Positions 1 to 15,308 of a DNA stretch of 64,000 nt are shown here, in pieces. The translations under genes and the position numbers were made by a program. Each line of letters starts with the position of its first letter. Within the stretch, counting starts at the first letter, position 1. The notes under the pieces were generated by a model that worked only from the letters and a program-made list of their open reading frames with translations, was not told the origin of the DNA and did not search any database. Source of the stretch: Octopus vulgaris (taxonomy: Eukaryota); the NCBI GenBank assembly GCA_951406725.2, contig OX597819.1, positions 1,612,001-1,676,000 on the forward strand, read 5' to 3'.

Positions 1-69
1 GCAATACGCACTAAGTGCCTTCTCTTTTTATAGATTTGAGTTCTTCTTTACAATGTCCAGCTGATCGGC

Positions 70-157
<88 letters not shown>

Positions 158-162
158 GTCTG

Positions 163-478
163 TGAAAGTGCGTGGCTTAGTGGTTAGGGTATTTGGCTTA
201 CCATGGTAAGGTTGTTAGTTCGATTCCCGCCGACGCATTGTGATCTCAAGCAATACACCCTACTTCCAGTCGCCGCTGGCGGCAAAAATGTGTGGTACGT
301 GTATTTCAAAGAGCCGGCCTTGTCACACTATTTGTCACGCTGAATCTCTCTGAGAACTATGTTAAAGGCACGCATGTCTATAGATTGTTCAGCCACTTGC
401 ACGTTAAATTTACGGGCAAGCTGTTCCGTTGATTGCATCGACTGCAACCCTCGTCGTCGTAATCAGCGAGGCGCCGCT
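163..478 (+). mobile_element. tRNA-derived SINE
   Basis: A-box-like tggcttagtgg and B-box-like gttcgattcc, then a gcattgtg..caagcaatacac body and a T-run end. The head is homologous to the copy at 58603. Confidence 0.7.
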
Positions 479-799
479 TTTTTTTAATGTCTCTTTATTT
501 CTTTATTTCCATGTATATACACAGCGCGCGCATGTATGTATCTTTCTCAAGTGGCCGCAAAAAATGCCTTTCATCACGCCAGCCAAGAACAAATACATTC
601 TACTGTCACACGCATTCACATACAGATACATATGCACTCGTGCATACACACGGACATACTTATATATTGATTTCGGGAGAGGGATTAAGTCGATTAAATC
701 GACCTCAGTACTCAGCGGGTACTTAAGACAAAGTCAACCCCGGCGGAATAATCCGCACATAGATATATTCATATCACATATGTGTGATATGAATTGTCG

Positions 800-1535
800 T
801 AAAGACAGACGAAATGCCGCTCAACATTTTGCCCGGCGTGCTAGCAATTCTTTTCTACTATAGGCACAAGGCCTGAAATTTCGGGGCTAGGGGCCAGTCA
901 ATTAGATTGACCCCAGTACGCAACTGGTACTTAATTTATCGACTCCGAAAGGATGAAAAGCAAAGTCAACCTCGGCGGAATTTGATCTCAGAACGTAGAC
1001 AGACAAAATACCTATTTCTTTTTACCTACAAGGGGCTAAACACAGAAGGGACAGACAAGGACAAACAAAGGTATTAAGTCGATTACATCGACCCAGTGCG
1101 TAATCGGTACTTATTTAATCGACCCCGAAAGGATGAAAGGCAAAGTCGACCTCGGCGGTATTTTAACTCAGAACGTAGCGACAGACGAAATATCTATTTC
1201 TTTACTACCCACAAGAGGCTAAACACAGAGAGGACAGACAAACGGATTAAGTCGATTATATTGACCCCAGTGCGTAACTGGTACTTATTTAATCGACCCC
1301 GAAAGGATGAAAGGCAAAGTCGACCTCGGCGGAATTTTAACTCAGAACGTAGCGGCAGACGAAATACCGCTAAGCATTTCGCCAGCTCGCTGTCTTCTAT
1401 ACATACACATTTATTGGTTTCAAATTTTGGTACAAGGCCAGCAAGGTCAGGGGAGGAGAAAATCAATTACCAGTACTCAATTGGTACTTAGTTTATCATC
1501 CCCGAAAGGATGAAAGGCAAAGTCGATCTCGGCAG
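800..1535 (-). mobile_element. Cluster/tandem array of partial tRNA-derived SINE copies (octopus OR-like family)
   Basis: Four repeats of the core ccccgaaaggatgaaaggcaaagtcgacctcggcggaatt at about 945, 1124, 1297 and 1500; reverse complement of the full copy at 9919-10150. Confidence 0.85.
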
Positions 1536-1564
1536 AATAATATATACACATAATATATATATAA

Positions 1565-1604
<40 letters not shown>

Positions 1605-1915
1605 TATGAATTGTCAGTAGGTTTGTAATTTATGAAATTTTGTCCATGTGACATTGGCCTAGTGAACATGAATATAATTAGTCTTTCTTTAAAGATAAAG
1701 ATTTCGCGACAGAATTCAGTATGGTATAGCATACACTCCTAGGTATAATATATCCGATGACTATTGGAGATCAAAGGGCAAAAGAACAGTTATAATTAAC
1801 AATTCGTTAAATTATAATTGCATTTCCGAGTATCTCTCCCTTTCTTGCCCCCCCCGCTAAGTCTGTGTCAAAAACATCATTGTCTTTCAATTCTATTGAT
1901 TTGCTATTAGGTATT

Positions 1916-1979
<64 letters not shown>

Positions 1980-2699
1980 CACTACTATTGCTGCTGCTGC
2001 AGCTGCTACTGCCACTACTACTACTCTACGTGTAGGAGTAAAATACTATTGTACATTAATTAAAAACACTGGATGTTTTGGCAAATAGGGATTAGATCAC
2101 AATACAAAATTGCAAAAATACATGGTGTTAGTTTGAATGATATAATACGTACGTTTTCTGATCGTTTACTTAATAAATGAACTCTCCTATCACGTCAATT
2201 TTAATCCTTATACTTGCTGTGATTATAACTCTGACACAATCGTATATCAAGGAGTTGTACTTTGTCGACAACTGCCATTTTGTTTGCTGCAAGAAGTCAG
2301 CAAACGGAAATAATCTCTTGTTACTAACAGTGTCTGCTGCCATTCATTAATCAAAGCTTTCGCCTATCTTTAATGGCCAAACACAGTTGTAAATAGATAG
2401 ACGGATGTGCAGCGAATTCACCGGAAACCGTCGTGCTTTTGATTTGTAAGTCTTAGAAAATGCGACTCTTAATCTATTACGTTGCAACTCCCCGAGGACA
2501 ATTCCGTCATATTGTGATGCAAAGCCAGAGCTCTTTCTTCAAATGATTTTCTTTAAAACAAGGCATTTTATTGCGAACGATGTTTCCACACATTTACATG
2601 AATATATAATTGGAACACATTTTGGATGATTTTTCTGTATAGATAGAAAGGAACAAGTTTCATTTTATTTCAAAACTGATTTTCTTCACTAATTAACCT

Positions 2700-4000
2700 A
2701 TATTTAACAAGACATTTACGAAAATATTTTCTGCCGAATATTATCGTTAAACACAGTTGCCTATGAAACAAAAATCGAAAGTAAACACATATTCTTGCCT
2801 TCAGGTTTCCTTGAAAAGATAAAATCGTAGTGGCCCATATTGTAATTATTGCTAAATATCAACTGTACAGAGTACGGAATGAAATAACTCTTTCATATTT
2901 GAATAAATTAATTTATACCGGCATCAGATAAATAATTTGGTGAGAAAAATCTATAGTTTGATACTGTTTTATGGAGACTTGTACACCCTTTAAACTGGTA
3001 ACCATTGACAAGGCCTCGTCAAGCTATTTTCCACTTTTCTAACTTTTTCATTGCTTTCGAATATTTGGTTTCGAGATAGAAAAATCCTTCTGCACCTCAA
3101 CATTCTCAGTATAATTTTCCACTTGATTTATCTACTGTACCTTATTACTGGGTTTAGCATTTTCACAAAAGTTCTTCCCCCAAATAACCTGTTTACTATA
3201 TTTGGTTTTACGTAAACATTTCTCTCAGTTCCTTCAAGCATGTGAAATGAAGCGTTTCTAGTTTGATTGAAAAAGGTGATTTTGTTTATATTGGTTGTTT
3301 CGTATTGTCTGGTTTTGGTAACTTTTGTTTCTGCTTGAGCTCTTCGATCAATGTCCCAATTCCGTTTTTACTTTTGTAATACAATTCTTTACCTTTCTCT
3401 TCTTTCTTTAATTTATTCTCCCTGCACTAGTCCAGTTTGATTATTTATATTTTCTAATGTCACTTTGCCACCAGGGTACCTGCTGGTTATTTTTTCCTTT
3501 CCTTTACCCCTTACCGTGATTTAATATCAGTGTGTCAGTGTCTTTAGTATTTCGCTTTCGATGTAGTTCTTTTTGTTACAATTTGGTTTAATCCACTGTC
3601 CTCAAATTGACTGGCTAAAAGGCATTCAGTTCTCTAGAATATCCGGTTATCTTGCACCTCCCGTTCCTTCAGTTTTTGTCTCAGTTTTTCAAGGATCTTA
3701 ATCAAGGCCGTCCACAACAAATTCTTTTTCCTTTTGTAGGCAACGTCTTGCAATTGTTTCAAATGCGAACGTTGTATTTTCCTCGTTCGCTACGATATTT
3801 TTCTCTCCTCATTTTCAGAGGCGTTACTGCGATCCATCTAGTTTTGATGTTCTGGTTCTTCAATTCTGTGGCGATCTTTACACTTTTTTTCACTTCTTAA
3901 GTTTGAGAAGTATTTTCCATTCCTGATGCTGAACACCAGCTGCTGTTTACTTAATTTAAATAATTCCGTGTAATTCCAAACATCAAGCTTTCATTTGTCG
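2700..4000 (-). mobile_element. Decayed R4/Dong-like (RLE) non-LTR retrotransposon, region upstream of RT
   Basis: Minus-strand fragments PWWQ.., IEELKQK, KQNHLFQSN*KRF and a degenerate version of the W(K)xxGxDG..GYW motif; many stops and frameshifts. Confidence 0.55.
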
Positions 4001-5324
4001 AAACGCTTGCTCCCTTTATTGTGATAATGTTGCAATCTTGCGTTGTCGTGTTGTAAAGCGCATAATGGATGAGAACCTTCATTAAGGGATCCGATCTCAT
4101 TCACGACGTTTTTGTTCAACTTTATATTTGACACAAAACACTCAAAATTTTAAGGTTTCTCTACTACCAGTGTATTTTACTTTTAAACACAATATTTCTG
4201 AGGGTTGTCAACCATGGCTGAAAGAGACTTCCTCACACGGAGCAGATTTGACATTACTTATGATCAATAGTTTTACTGAGATCCTATTTCTAGACGGGTT
4301 GTTGTAAGGATCAAACGGCGTCTCTACCTTTAGTCTAATCAGGTTATTTCGTGCTTGTTGCTATACGCATTCTCTCCACTATAGTACAAGTGTACAAGCA
4401 GTCAGCTTCTGTCAACCTGATATGATTTTGATAGTGGCCTTACTTATATATTATAATGTAAAATAAAAGTAGGCTCAGTTTGAATGGTCGGTTGTTGACA
4501 TTTGATCTCATCGACTTTCTGATAAGTATTTCGTCCTGAAGGTTGGCAATGGCTGAATAATATTCTTAAGGTCAAAATTTAGTTTTTCTGATAAACTTTA
4601 CGCTTTCTAGATAACCCAGTTCTTGACCAAATTAAATTTAGCTAAGTTTAAGGAAAAGGAACAGTGATCCTTAAAAGAATATTGCTTGATAAAAAATTAA
4701 GTATAAGATACTTTAAAAATTACGAGAGTAACGCACACAGTTGCTTTCCTCATATTTTTGTTTTCGTTACATAGAAAAAAGAATCTCAGTAAGAGGAAGC
4801 TAAAGCTGATAACCTCATCAAAATTGATGCAGTAGAAAAATAGTTACGAGTCAAAAAGATAGTAAATTTTGAAAAATGGTAATGCCTGATATTGTCTTTC
4901 AATCAACATGTCTTTGATATTTCAAAAGACAATTTAGTATAGCTAAGCTTTCTTAAATGATCAAAATAAGAGAAATGCAAAACTGAAAGCCGCCTCAGGC
5001 CCGCTGCTATATGGGAATATTATAGGCAAAGAAGCTTTATATTGGTGGGATAATAAAGCCAGATATAGTTTTCAAAGTCTTCATATCTCTATTATTTTAA
5101 AGAAACAATATATTTAGTAGCGACAGAGGTATAATTATATTAATTGTGAGAGATAATAAATATATTTATTACCTCTCAAAATTAATATAAACAGACTTTT
5201 TTGAACGAACTAAACGAGAGGAACCTAATAATAAAATGCACAGCAGGAGAAAACCTAAGGGGCAAAAGCCAAATTTGATGCTGGTTACACGGCATTGAAC
5301 TTTAGTTATGCATATCTAGCTACC

Positions 5325-6090
<766 letters not shown>

Positions 6091-7369
6091 CTGAGCAATG
6101 CAATGTGCTGTATCAGCAAATGGTAAGTAGAGACAGTTAAAAAGAAGAAGAAATTCTAACGGCGCCATCTTGAATTGACCTTCTGCTCTTTATTTACTTC
6201 TTTTCAAAAATTTATTCTAAATCTTGTTTGCTCTCAAACCAGCTGTTTTTTGAAAATCTCAAATAATACCCCCACACCCACGTCCAAGTGCACTCACATA
6301 CGCGCGCGCACCCCCTTCCCTTCACACATGTGTGTTTTTTAACTTTTTGCTTCTAGTTTAGTTTTTTGATTGCGGATTCCACATGTAAAAATACGGATAT
6401 TACGATTCTGACGAAACATTTCTTTTCAAGGTTTTCGGTATAACTACGTTACTTATATACCGGCAGTCAGAATACTCGATCGCTCACTTCTGCGTTCATA
6501 GATGCTTGTCGGATTAGAAGGCAACATGATAGATGTCGCAATAAAATTAGATGGGAGAGTTTCGGAACAGTCGTTCATGATAGAGATTATACGTCTTTCA
6601 AAATTTAAAGATATTCAGATACCTTTCTTGAAAGTTTCCGACTGCAGATGATCAGGCATCTAAGCACGAATAAGTATGAGCTCATCCAAGTGGTTGGAGC
6701 GTTACTAGGATACATATTGCCTGTTTTTCCTTTGCTTTCGTGGATCCCCGTGACTCTGTGTCGCCATCCAATTCCATTATTATGGGCATTTTGAAAAAAT
6801 AATCTTGCTTTCTGACAGTCGAACTGACTTGGTTATGCATATACCATTGGTTTCAGGAGAAGATACTGATACCAATGGTATATCTGTTTCAGTAGCTCCC
6901 GCCACTAAAACATTAAATCATCACCACCGGAGACAAAATGTTTGGAATCTTCGTTAATAAAGCTCTGGTAATCCAACACTCATGAGTATTTAATGTTCAG
7001 ATTCTCCTGCTCTGTTACTCATGTTTTCTATAAATTTGACCAACGAACTTTCTTCTCTAAAGTTTGATTTTTCTTCCTCAGACTAAGTATAAGCCATTGA
7101 GTATGATCTCTAGATAGATAGATTAATTAATTGATTAATTAAATTGATAACTAAATAGCGAGCTAGCTAGCCAGCTAGATAGATACATAGATACGCAGGT
7201 AGGTAGGTAAATAGATAGGTGTATGGGCATGAAGCAGCTGACAGCACATGACAGTATGCTATGAGGAAAGCACTGAATGATGTTTTTTTTTTGTGAGTCG
7301 ATAAGTTTGTATAGATGAATTGACCAGATAGATTAGACAGTGATGGAGTAATCGCGAGAGAAAAGGGAG

Positions 7370-7433
<64 letters not shown>

Positions 7434-7922
7434 TAAATGACTGAAAGAAAAAGAGAAGAAAGAGAGTCATAGGCAATCCGATGAAACTCTTCGTTGTGCA
7501 TTAGATTCAGAGAAGGGAAAACGTTTGTAATTAAGGATACGAGAAGGCTGTAGCATTTCTATAGAAAAGGGATAAAAATGTAGCAAATTATTGTGAATTA
7601 GCTGTATTAATTAAATATATAACCATTTTACAAACGGTTTATTTGCTTCGCGGAAGAGAGAAAGTACATCTTAACAAAAAGAAAATCCCATGTTGGCTAT
7701 ACTTGTACGGTGTGACATGTATTTTGATACTTTGATGTGCCACCACCATTGACAGTCTTTCAGAAGTACGACCATTACTAGAAATAGCAGCCAGTAAGTT
7801 TTTGGCGCTATTTAGTGCTTCACTGCTTTATACATTTCTAATTCTACGTATATGTTGCTTGATATTGATATTGATATTCTTGCTTGATATTGATATTATT
7901 TTAATCATATTTATATTTTCAA

Positions 7923-7988
<66 letters not shown>

Positions 7989-8409
7989 GGAGAGGAATAG
8001 AGAAGAGAAAGAGAGAGTGTGAGAGAGAAGGGAACAGAGACAAGGAGTGAGAGAGAAGGGAACAGAGACAAGGAGATAGAGAAAGGAAGGGAGAGAAAGA
8101 GAGAACTGGAGACGGAATACGGCGAAATTCTTCTTTCTTTCGAAAATCCAAGCAGAGAATTTGTAATTAACGAGATGAGCTGTAAGCTTTCAAAACAGAA
8201 AGGATAAAAATGAAATAGTAATATCATTAATAATTAGCAGCGTGAATTGAATATATTAAATAGTAATATTAATGGTTAATTAGTTGGGTGGGAGTCAGAA
8301 AGTGAATTTTAATGAGAATAAATTCCCATGTTGATTTTACTCGTACGAAATCACATGTATTTTAATGCTTCAATGTACCACCGCTGCTTAGACTGTCATA
8401 GAAAATGGC

Positions 8410-8760
8410 TTACAGTATTTGTTCTGGCTCTTAACGTTCCTAGTTGAAATCCTACCGTGATCAACCTTGCCTTCAATCCTTTTGGAATCGATAAAGTAAA
8501 GTACCAGTTAGGTATTGTGATCGATGGTATCGCCTAATACCATCAGAATCGTTAGCACGCCGGGCAAAATGCTTTCGTCCGTGTATACCTGCTGAATTCA
8601 AATTCTGTTGAGGTCGATTTTGCCTTCCAAAATTTCGTGGTCTACATTGCCTTTCATTCTTTCGTGGTCGATAAAATAAATACCAGTTGAACACTGGTAT
8701 CGATGTAATCGACTTCGTCCCTCCACCGAACCTGCTGGCCTTGTGCCAAAAGTTGAAACC
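8410..8760 (+). mobile_element. Two adjacent partial OR-like SINE copies
   Basis: cagaatcgttagcacgccgggcaaaatgc head and ttgcctttcat(c)ctttc..gtcgataaaataaataccagt core, similar to 9919-10150. Confidence 0.75.
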
Positions 8761-9759
8761 ATTATTATTATTATTATTGTTGTTGTTGTTTTAGTAGTAG
8801 TTGTAGTAGAAGTATGTATGTACAAATCAAGATGTGACCAACAGTTACATACTAGTATCTACTGCGTCACCAAGCGTACCTCCGTTTTTCTGGAGGATGT
8901 GAAGCTTCGGGATGCACATTTCTAGGAAATGTAGAATTGTGAGTGTATATCACGTAGTTTGCTTTGTTGTAGAATCTGTTCTGTTGTCTTTTCTTGTGTT
9001 ATATTGTCAGTTATCGACTGTGTAAGAATATTCATTGTGTTATTTCACAGAGTGGTAGCTGTGTTATATTGTTTCAAGGTGATTTGTGAGTTATATTAAT
9101 TTTCTTGGTTAGTAATTGTAGAATATGGATGGTATGAAGAAATTGTACTGTCGGATTTACAGTGTTATCCATAGGATGTGAAATATGGCCATTTAAGCTA
9201 CTTTTGGAACTGTGTGTAAATGTGTAACTTTGGAGGCCCTTTTATAGGCTTTATGTTTTTGTGAACGTGTTTAATTATAATAAGTTATCCCAATGCTATA
9301 GAAACTATTTTCATTCTCATACCCATTATCTGCTTATCACTATTATACGAACTTGTATTTACGTTTCGATCACTTCTATTAGATGTCTTGGTTAGCAGTC
9401 ATTAAGTATTGTATCTCTACAGTTACCATTGATCTCCTTGCCAATGTGCCTCAAGTGGTCTCTCGAAACCACGTTTTGTACAAGTTTATACAATTTAACC
9501 GCTGAGCTGTTTGTATAATGTTCATGGGACATAGCTGCCGGCCGACTCTATCGTATCTCACAATCCTCTCGGATATAATAGAAAGTTAGAGACTTATTTT
9601 TCAGTTTCCATTTACATTTCTCTCTTCCTATACCTCCACTCTTTTTCATGGAGATTCTACCTTCATTTAACGGCCGCGGCAGGTTTCGCTCTGTATTTCG
9701 TCCCAGGCAATACTTATTGCCCTGTCTTTCATTATCTCTCTTTCTCTGTATTCCTGCCA

Positions 9760-9820
<61 letters not shown>

Positions 9821-9918
9821 ATGCTACATTTATGCCTCTCTGCATTCCAAATATCATTACACCTCTTACTGACCTTACTTTATTTGCTCCTTCTCAGTTA
9901 TTCAATGGTTATCAACTA

Positions 9919-10150
9919 GGCGGCGAGGAGCTGGCAGAAGCGTTAGCACGCCGGGCGAAATGCTTTGCGGTATTTCGTCTGCCGTTACGTTCTGAGTTCA
10001 AATTCCGCCGAGGTCGACTTTGCCTTTCATCCTTTCGAGGTCGATAAATTAAGCACCAGTTACGCACTGGGGTCGATGTAATCGACTTAATGCCTATGTC
10101 TGTCCTTGTTTGTCCCCTCTATGTTTAGCCCCTTGTGGGTAATAAAAAAA
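9919..10150 (+). mobile_element. Full-length tRNA-derived SINE (octopus OR-like)
   Basis: ggcggcgaggagctggcagaagcgttagc (A box), gagttcaaattcc (B box), conserved core and A-rich tail; many homologues in the window. Confidence 0.85.
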
Positions 10151-10365
10151 TAGGTTATCAACTAGTGAACGGACAGACAATTCCAACAATTGATTGCGAC
10201 CACCTTAGTGGAATTCTGTCTTATGGCATACGTATAAATTCATGTCTTTTCGTTATTGTAATCTCTCAGACTAATTCTAAAACGAACTAGGTAACGCATG
10301 TTAAATATTTGCCCAAATGCGCGCGTGTGCACGCACACACACACACGCACACACAGACACACACA

Positions 10366-10418
<53 letters not shown>

Positions 10419-11402
10419 ACACAAAATAGTCCTGCAACAGCCGAATATCATTACTAAATATGAATTGGAATTGACTAAAATTTATGAATCAAAAAATGTT
10501 TTTTCTTGTATCTAAACGCCTGCATATATGGACAGTATACCTCGAACTATTCTTCTTTTTACCATTCACTCACCTTACTATATAGAAGCAGAATGTGTTC
10601 CTACTATTGAAATATTCTGTACTAAACCATCTTCCTTTTCCACCATTTGCGTTTATACTCTGCATTCAATGAGAAATAGTGTAATGTTAATTGGTTTGCT
10701 CATTAAATGACAATTGAAAGAACAATGTATAGAAAACTCTAGCAGCTGGGAATAAATTTATTTTGAGATTCCTATCACATGTCTTCGACAGCTGCATCCC
10801 AATTATTACTTAGGCTAGAAGCAATGCGATTCGCAAAAGCTCAAAAATTTGTATAGAATATGATTACAAAGAAACAATGAAAGAATTAAAAGGAAATTGT
10901 TTGAGTGGCATATATAGAAAACAAATTAACCTGAGGGTAACAGAGAAACTAAATTGAATGTATGAAGCCAAAATATCCAAAATCAATTTTATAAAATATC
11001 AGGAAGTGATATTTTACAAAAGAGAGCTTCAGAAATGAAACATTTACTCTGAGTAAAGAAAAAAGAAAACATATCCGAGAAGTGAAAAAGGCATACAAAA
11101 ACTGCCTTATAAACAGAATTAGGCGAGAAATATTTTGTGGGTTGGGTTGGGTGATACCTGAAGAAATATTACTGCTAATACGTGCATATTCTCTAAGCGA
11201 GTCCATAAACAAATAGATGTCGCTTTCAGTAATCTGTTTAGATTTAAAAGTTTTGTATAATTTTCTATACCGGGAACAACACCATAGATTGAAACAGTGA
11301 GGAAACAAGACTGTGTGTCATTAAAGTGTCCTTAGCAACGTAAAGGAACTGTTACCTATATGGTAAATAAAGTTAATTTCGTACTGGTCTGAAACACTCT
11401 GA

Positions 11403-11435
<33 letters not shown>

Positions 11436-11438
<3 letters not shown>

Positions 11439-11622
11439 GAGGCAGTGCTGAAAAGTTACTGGCTTTGGATAAAAGAAAATATTGAAGGAAAAGTTTATTA
11501 TGATTTTATTCCACATATTCCTCACTCAGATTCACACACTTATTGCAGCTGGCCTTCAGTTTTTCTGAGTCTTGTAAAAGAACTCGCAAGGTTGAGCCTC
11601 CAACTCGGCCTTTCGCCAGGAA

Positions 11623-11627
<5 letters not shown>
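11436..11627. mobile_element. Tc1/mariner-like MITE
   Basis: Starts TA-CGAGG..gtgctgaaaagttactggc and ends gccaggaactttt, the reverse complement of the aaaagtt(a/c)ctggc part of the TIR. The outer right TIR is lost in a (TA)n tract. Confidence 0.6.
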
Positions 11628-11668
<41 letters not shown>

Positions 11669-11670
11669 CG

Positions 11671-11804
<134 letters not shown>

Positions 11805-11843
11805 CGTATATATATATATATATATATATATGTTGTGTGTATG

Positions 11844-11909
<66 letters not shown>

Positions 11910-12033
11910 CTAAAGACCAAATAAAGTAATCAGAAGACTCTCTACAATTTTCAGAATAGCTAATTATGTTATGCAATGTTGCATCTGGAAAGCATTAAAT
12001 ATATATATATATTTATATCTATCTATCTATCTA

Positions 12034-12102
<69 letters not shown>

Positions 12103-12810
12103 CATGGGGAAAATGTTTCTTATTGATTTTGAAACTAATGTCTGGCTATTTTGTTTTCAAGTTTGAGGAATACATAGTTAATTCATACAAAAATAGCGTA
12201 ATATTCAAGTACCAAAATCTATGTAAGTAAAAATCGTGATGAATGTAAGAATTATAAATAAACGCTAGTAGCCAAATTATAATCAAACATAAACGGTAAA
12301 ATATATAATTTAAATGGCGAGATATTTAATGCAACATATCTGAGGAAAAGGAATTCAGTAACCGTATTATCCGGTAGGGAAGAAGATAAATGCAAAGTAC
12401 TTTCTGCACTATAAATGTTGACCAAGCAATGAAATATTTACTATGTTCAATCTTCGATTGAACATAACAGACCTATTCATTCCTATCTCCATATAATCTA
12501 GCATGCGTATTTGGACACATTTCCGTGTCATTGTAATTCTTTGCTCATTCAATACACGCATTAATTGTGTCAATAATCTTTTATGAGCATCTTTAACTTT
12601 TCATTGACAATAGTAATCGGTAAATAAGAATTTCTGAAAGTATATTCTATGCTGCTGTATTTTAAACGGGAAGGAAAACGTTGAATATGTGTACTTTGTC
12701 TTTGCAACAGTCTGCTTAATTCACACACACACACACACACGCGCGCGCGCACACGCACACACACACACGCGCACACACACACACATGCACACACACAAAC
12801 ACGCACACAA

Positions 12811-12842
<32 letters not shown>

Positions 12843-15096
12843 ACACACACACACTCACACACACACATACACACGCATATATACTCTTTGATATGAACTA
12901 ACTCACAAACTGTTGTAATGTTTAGCTATCATGCAGTCTTTAACGTCTCAATGTACCAGAAGATAGAGAATATTTCGGCTTTGTTCTTTAGGATTGGGAT
13001 ATCTTTATCAAAAACATGGAGTTTGGACCGTTTCTAAAGGCTTGCACCTTATCTAAGAACACTTCCCACCCAATGCTGCTAGATTTCTCTGTTTCTCTCA
13101 ATTCAACATATGCTTTGCAAGAGCTGCATTGTTCTCCTGACAGTAACGACGGAATTTCTAAGCCGTTGATTATGCTTATATTGTAAATTCACTGTTCAAT
13201 CTCTACGGGATGTGACAGAATTCTACTTGTGAGTTATCTTGATGCTAATGAAATATGACACCAGGTGGCTCCACTATATGTGGTACTACAACTGTTTACA
13301 ATATTGACACTATTAAGTCCAATGTTAATATTAAATTTTACAGTCATTATAATGCTTTTAGTATCATTATAAAACCAAGATCATCGGTATCAACAACAAG
13401 TATCTCAACTGCTTACAAGATTAAGGAACAAATAATACAATTGACTCGAAACAGCTTCGATTTTCGTCCTACAGCACCCAGTGTAACCATGTTTCTTGGT
13501 ATGTCAACTTGACCAGAAACTAGCTTTTTCAATTTCTTATCAACTGTTTATTATTTAGAATGCACGTATTGATATATTAGATATCTGTATATTGTGTGAG
13601 CATTGGATATTGTTTAAATCTGCTTCCTTGTCCTCATGTTCTTTGTTTCATTGTTGGTATGTATATATATTTAGAAAGCAAACGGTTATCAGCAGGCAAA
13701 AGTGTTATTTTTATGAATTTTTCATAATCGATAGTTTCATAATTAGAGAAATAAAACGCCACTGGTTAGAAATCTACCTCACTGCTCACCATCTCCCGCT
13801 TGCAATGGAGTCTGGCGATTCCGACGGTATCTGTCAACATTCTCTGCATAAGAAATGTCATATACCTTCTGCATACACATTCTCCAGCGCGCTGTGATAT
13901 ACTGGTATTCTTGACGTACCGTATTAGGACTTTGGTAATTACATCATCTAAGCAATATACTAGGCCTCCATCTCGCCTTTTTTTGGCATTTGATCCACCT
14001 CATATTTAGGTTCCTCCTCCTTTCTATGTTAGTTTGTCTTTCATCTTTCCGGTAGTTATTTACTTAATTCCAGCTAATATTGCGTCCCCAGAGCATTCTT
14101 CAATTTTTTTCTTTCTCGCTCCGAAGTAAATTCCTCGAGCTAAACAAGACCCCTGCCCATGACTAAACATGACTAAACATGACCCCTGCCCATTTACAGA
14201 GCTCACTATTTGAAGCAATATCCACAAGACTTTTTCACTAATGTTGTCATGTTTATATGTGAGAGCTTCTCCTTTCGTTGTTACTCTGTCGAGTACGGTA
14301 TTAAAGTCACCTTCGGAGTTGAAAAGTTCGCATTCTTTTTCTGAAATGTCTACGTATTCATTTGAAGTATTTACATCTATATTATTTCCCCCCTTATTTG
14401 ACGTTTGCAGAAATATTTCAGTATTTCCTTTGGTGGGCATATCATTCATACTATGTCAAAATATTACTAAAATTATGACAAATATTACGACAAACCAAGG
14501 GAAAGATGTTTTAGAATAGCGTTTTTTTTACTCCAAAAAGGCAAACAATAGAAAGAATGGGTCATCAAAAATGGATCGTTTCCAAGTTAGTAATTCTTAT
14601 TTTGGAAATAGAAATAACAGGATGACAGCATAAAAGACAACAATGATAATGACCAAGATTCCTTTATTTGCAAGAAGGGCAACGATAAAGCAGAATTACA
14701 AAGACACAGGAAAAAGGTGGAGATTCCCAAAAAGGGTGCCAAAATTAATAAGAAACGTTTCAGTACTGGAACAAACACTTAGATCCAGTCGATATTAATT
14801 TTGACTACCGGAGGCATATAGTATGCATTAGTATAATTAGTATAGTAAGCTGAAAGTAGCCCTATTTACAGACAAGTCCTATTAATATTTATGCTTTTAC
14901 ATGATATATTAATGTATACGTTTACACTTGTCGGAAATTCAATGAGTCATTGACACACATTCTGAAACTCACTTTTGAAATACTCATTCTGAAAGAAGAT
15001 TGTTTTGATAATGAAGGACAATAATAGAATATTTTGCTGATATATTTTGTGTAACTGACTGGTCTTATTTTCTCGTCACATTTTCTTTCATTTCAG

Positions 15097-15308
15097 TGTC
15101 AGCCGCTTTCAATCATAACCTGCCTGTCTCTGAGGAGAAGCTCCTGGTGAAGCGCCTGCTAGATCGGTATGCCCGACTAGGAAAGATAGGCAGGCCCGTG
15201 CTCAACACATCGGAGACCGTCACCGTCAACTTTGACCTCAGCCTCATTCAGATTGTCGATGTAGATGAAAAAAATCAAGTACTAGTGACAAATATCTGGT
15301 ATAACTAT
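15097..15308 (+). CDS. Nicotinic acetylcholine receptor alpha subunit (Cys-loop ligand-gated ion channel), N-terminal extracellular exon
   Basis: Polypyrimidine tract plus tttcAG (15095-96) acceptor and GTacgt donor at 15309. The 212-nt exon reads (V)SAAFNHNLPVSEEKLLVKRLLDRYARLGKIGRPVLNTSETVTVNFDLSLIQIVDVDEKNQVLVTNIWYNY, with the nAChR RPV, QIxDVDEKNQ and loop D Trp motifs. Phase 1 in, phase 0 out. Confidence 0.96.

Noticed and set aside
13250-14830. Possible DNA-transposon remnant or the 129-aa minus-strand ORF at 14060-14449
   Set aside because: No recognisable domain or convincing terminal inverted repeats by eye.
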